A DNA stretch of 64,000 nucleotides, from positions 23,673,424 to 23,737,423 of the forward strand of contig JAHRHZ010000042.1 in the NCBI GenBank assembly GCA_024137785.1, written 5' to 3'. This DNA comes from Ginglymostoma cirratum (Eukaryota). The translations under genes and the position numbers were made by a program. Position 1 is the stretch's first letter. Every line of letters begins with the position of its first letter. Shown piece by piece: positions 63,032 through 64,000 of this stretch. The notes under the pieces are model-generated. The model was not told where the DNA came from, did no database searches, and saw only the letters and a program-made list of their open reading frames with translations.

Positions 63032-64000
63032 AAATACAGTGTGGAGCTGAAGGAACACAGCAGGTCAGGCAGCATCAGAGGAGCAGGGAAGTCAATGTTT
63101 CAAGTTTACACCCTTCATCAGGACTTGGGAGGGGAAGGGAGTTCTGAAATACATAGATAGAGGGCGAGTGGGGCTGGGGGAGAATAGGTGGGATGGTGAT
63201 AGGTGGATGCAGGTAGGCACAAGTGGAGATTGGCCAATAGGAAGGGTGGGGTAGATAGGTGAGAAAGAAGATAGACAGGTTTTGTCAGGTCAAGGAGGTG
63301 GGGATGAGAGGAAGGATGGGACATGGGATGGGGTCAGGGATGGGAGATTTTGAAACTGGTGAATTCTATGTTGAGGCCTTCGGGCTGTAGGCTCCCAAGA
63401 CGGAATATGAAGTGTTGCTCCTCCCGTTTTCAGGTGACATCCTTGTGGCACTGGAGGAGGCCCAGGATGGACATGTAACCCAGGCAGTGGGAGGGGGAGT
63501 CAAATGGTTGGAAACCAGCAGGTGTTGGTGATTTAAGCGTACAGAGTGCCAGTGCTCAGCAAGTCTGTCACCGAGTCTGCACTTGGTCTTGTTGATGTAG
63601 AGGAGGCCACATTGGGAGCAACGGATACAGGAGGCCAGGTTGGAGGACATGGATCCCTATAAGATTGTTTGGGGCCTTGGACAGAGGTGAGAGGGGAGGT
63701 GTAGCAGCAAGTGTAACAGCTCTTGCTGTTGCAGGGAAAGGTGCTGGGCATGGTGGGTCGGTGGGGAGTGTGGAGCGGATGAGGGAGTCGCAGAGTGAGC
63801 AGTCCCTATGAAAGACAGATAGGGGTGGGGAGGGAAATATGTCTTTGGTGCTGGGGTTGGATTGCAGGTGACAGAAGCGGTGGAGGACGATACACTGGAT
63901 GCTGAGGTTGGTGGGGTGGTATGTGACGACCAGGAGGACTCTGTCCTTATTTTTGTTGGGTTTGGGGGAGGGGGTTTGAGGGCAGAAGTGTGGGAAATGC
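63032..64000 (-). mobile_element. Penelope-like retroelement 3' part (GIY-YIG endonuclease plus pLTR), running off the window
   Basis: FPCNSKSCYTC and SSNLASCIRCSQCGLLYINKTKCRLGDRLAEH (GIY-YIG), then a pyrimidine-rich spacer and the pLTR with a hammerhead. Confidence 0.9.
63089..63126 (-). ncRNA. Minimal type I hammerhead ribozyme motif in the PLE pLTR
   Basis: AAGTC-CTGATGA-A-GGGT-GTAA-ACTT-GAAA-CATT-GACTT: perfect 5-bp stem I, 4-bp stem II with two G-U pairs, intact core. Confidence 0.75.

Noticed and set aside
48731-64000. Search for NTM Ig3 exons (DYGNYTCVA-type motif)
   Set aside because: No such motif was found by eye; these exons presumably lie beyond the window end.

Overview
Vertebrate genomic DNA, most likely a shark. 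This is inferred from the repeat content: HE1/V-SINEs, a DeuSINE, CR1 LINEs, Penelope-like elements, Gypsy and Harbinger relics. The window holds the 3' end of an IgLON-family neuronal adhesion gene on the minus strand, best called neurotrimin (NTM). Its visible parts are two 36-nt phase-1 microexons (48695-48730, EVSEPTSSTQIQ; 27551-27586, EEKTSTVLANWK) and the terminal GPI-signal exon (20154-20257, GPGAVLDGNN...VHFLFKF*). I found no Ig-domain exons, so they probably lie beyond position 64000. Most ORFs in the supplied track are chance ORFs or decayed transposon fragments. Three observations stand out. (1) A candidate 7-nt frameshifting microexon (26562-26568) with a 146-nt AG-free acceptor would convert NTM into a secreted, GPI-less isoform. 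(2) Minimal hammerhead-ribozyme motifs occur in several Penelope-like repeat families, mostly in the NTM sense orientation. (3) Short, mostly hairpin-shaped Penelope-derived insertions are flanked by 9-17 bp target-site duplications. All calls come from reading the sequence by eye; no searches were run, and repeat boundaries are approximate unless a TSD is given.
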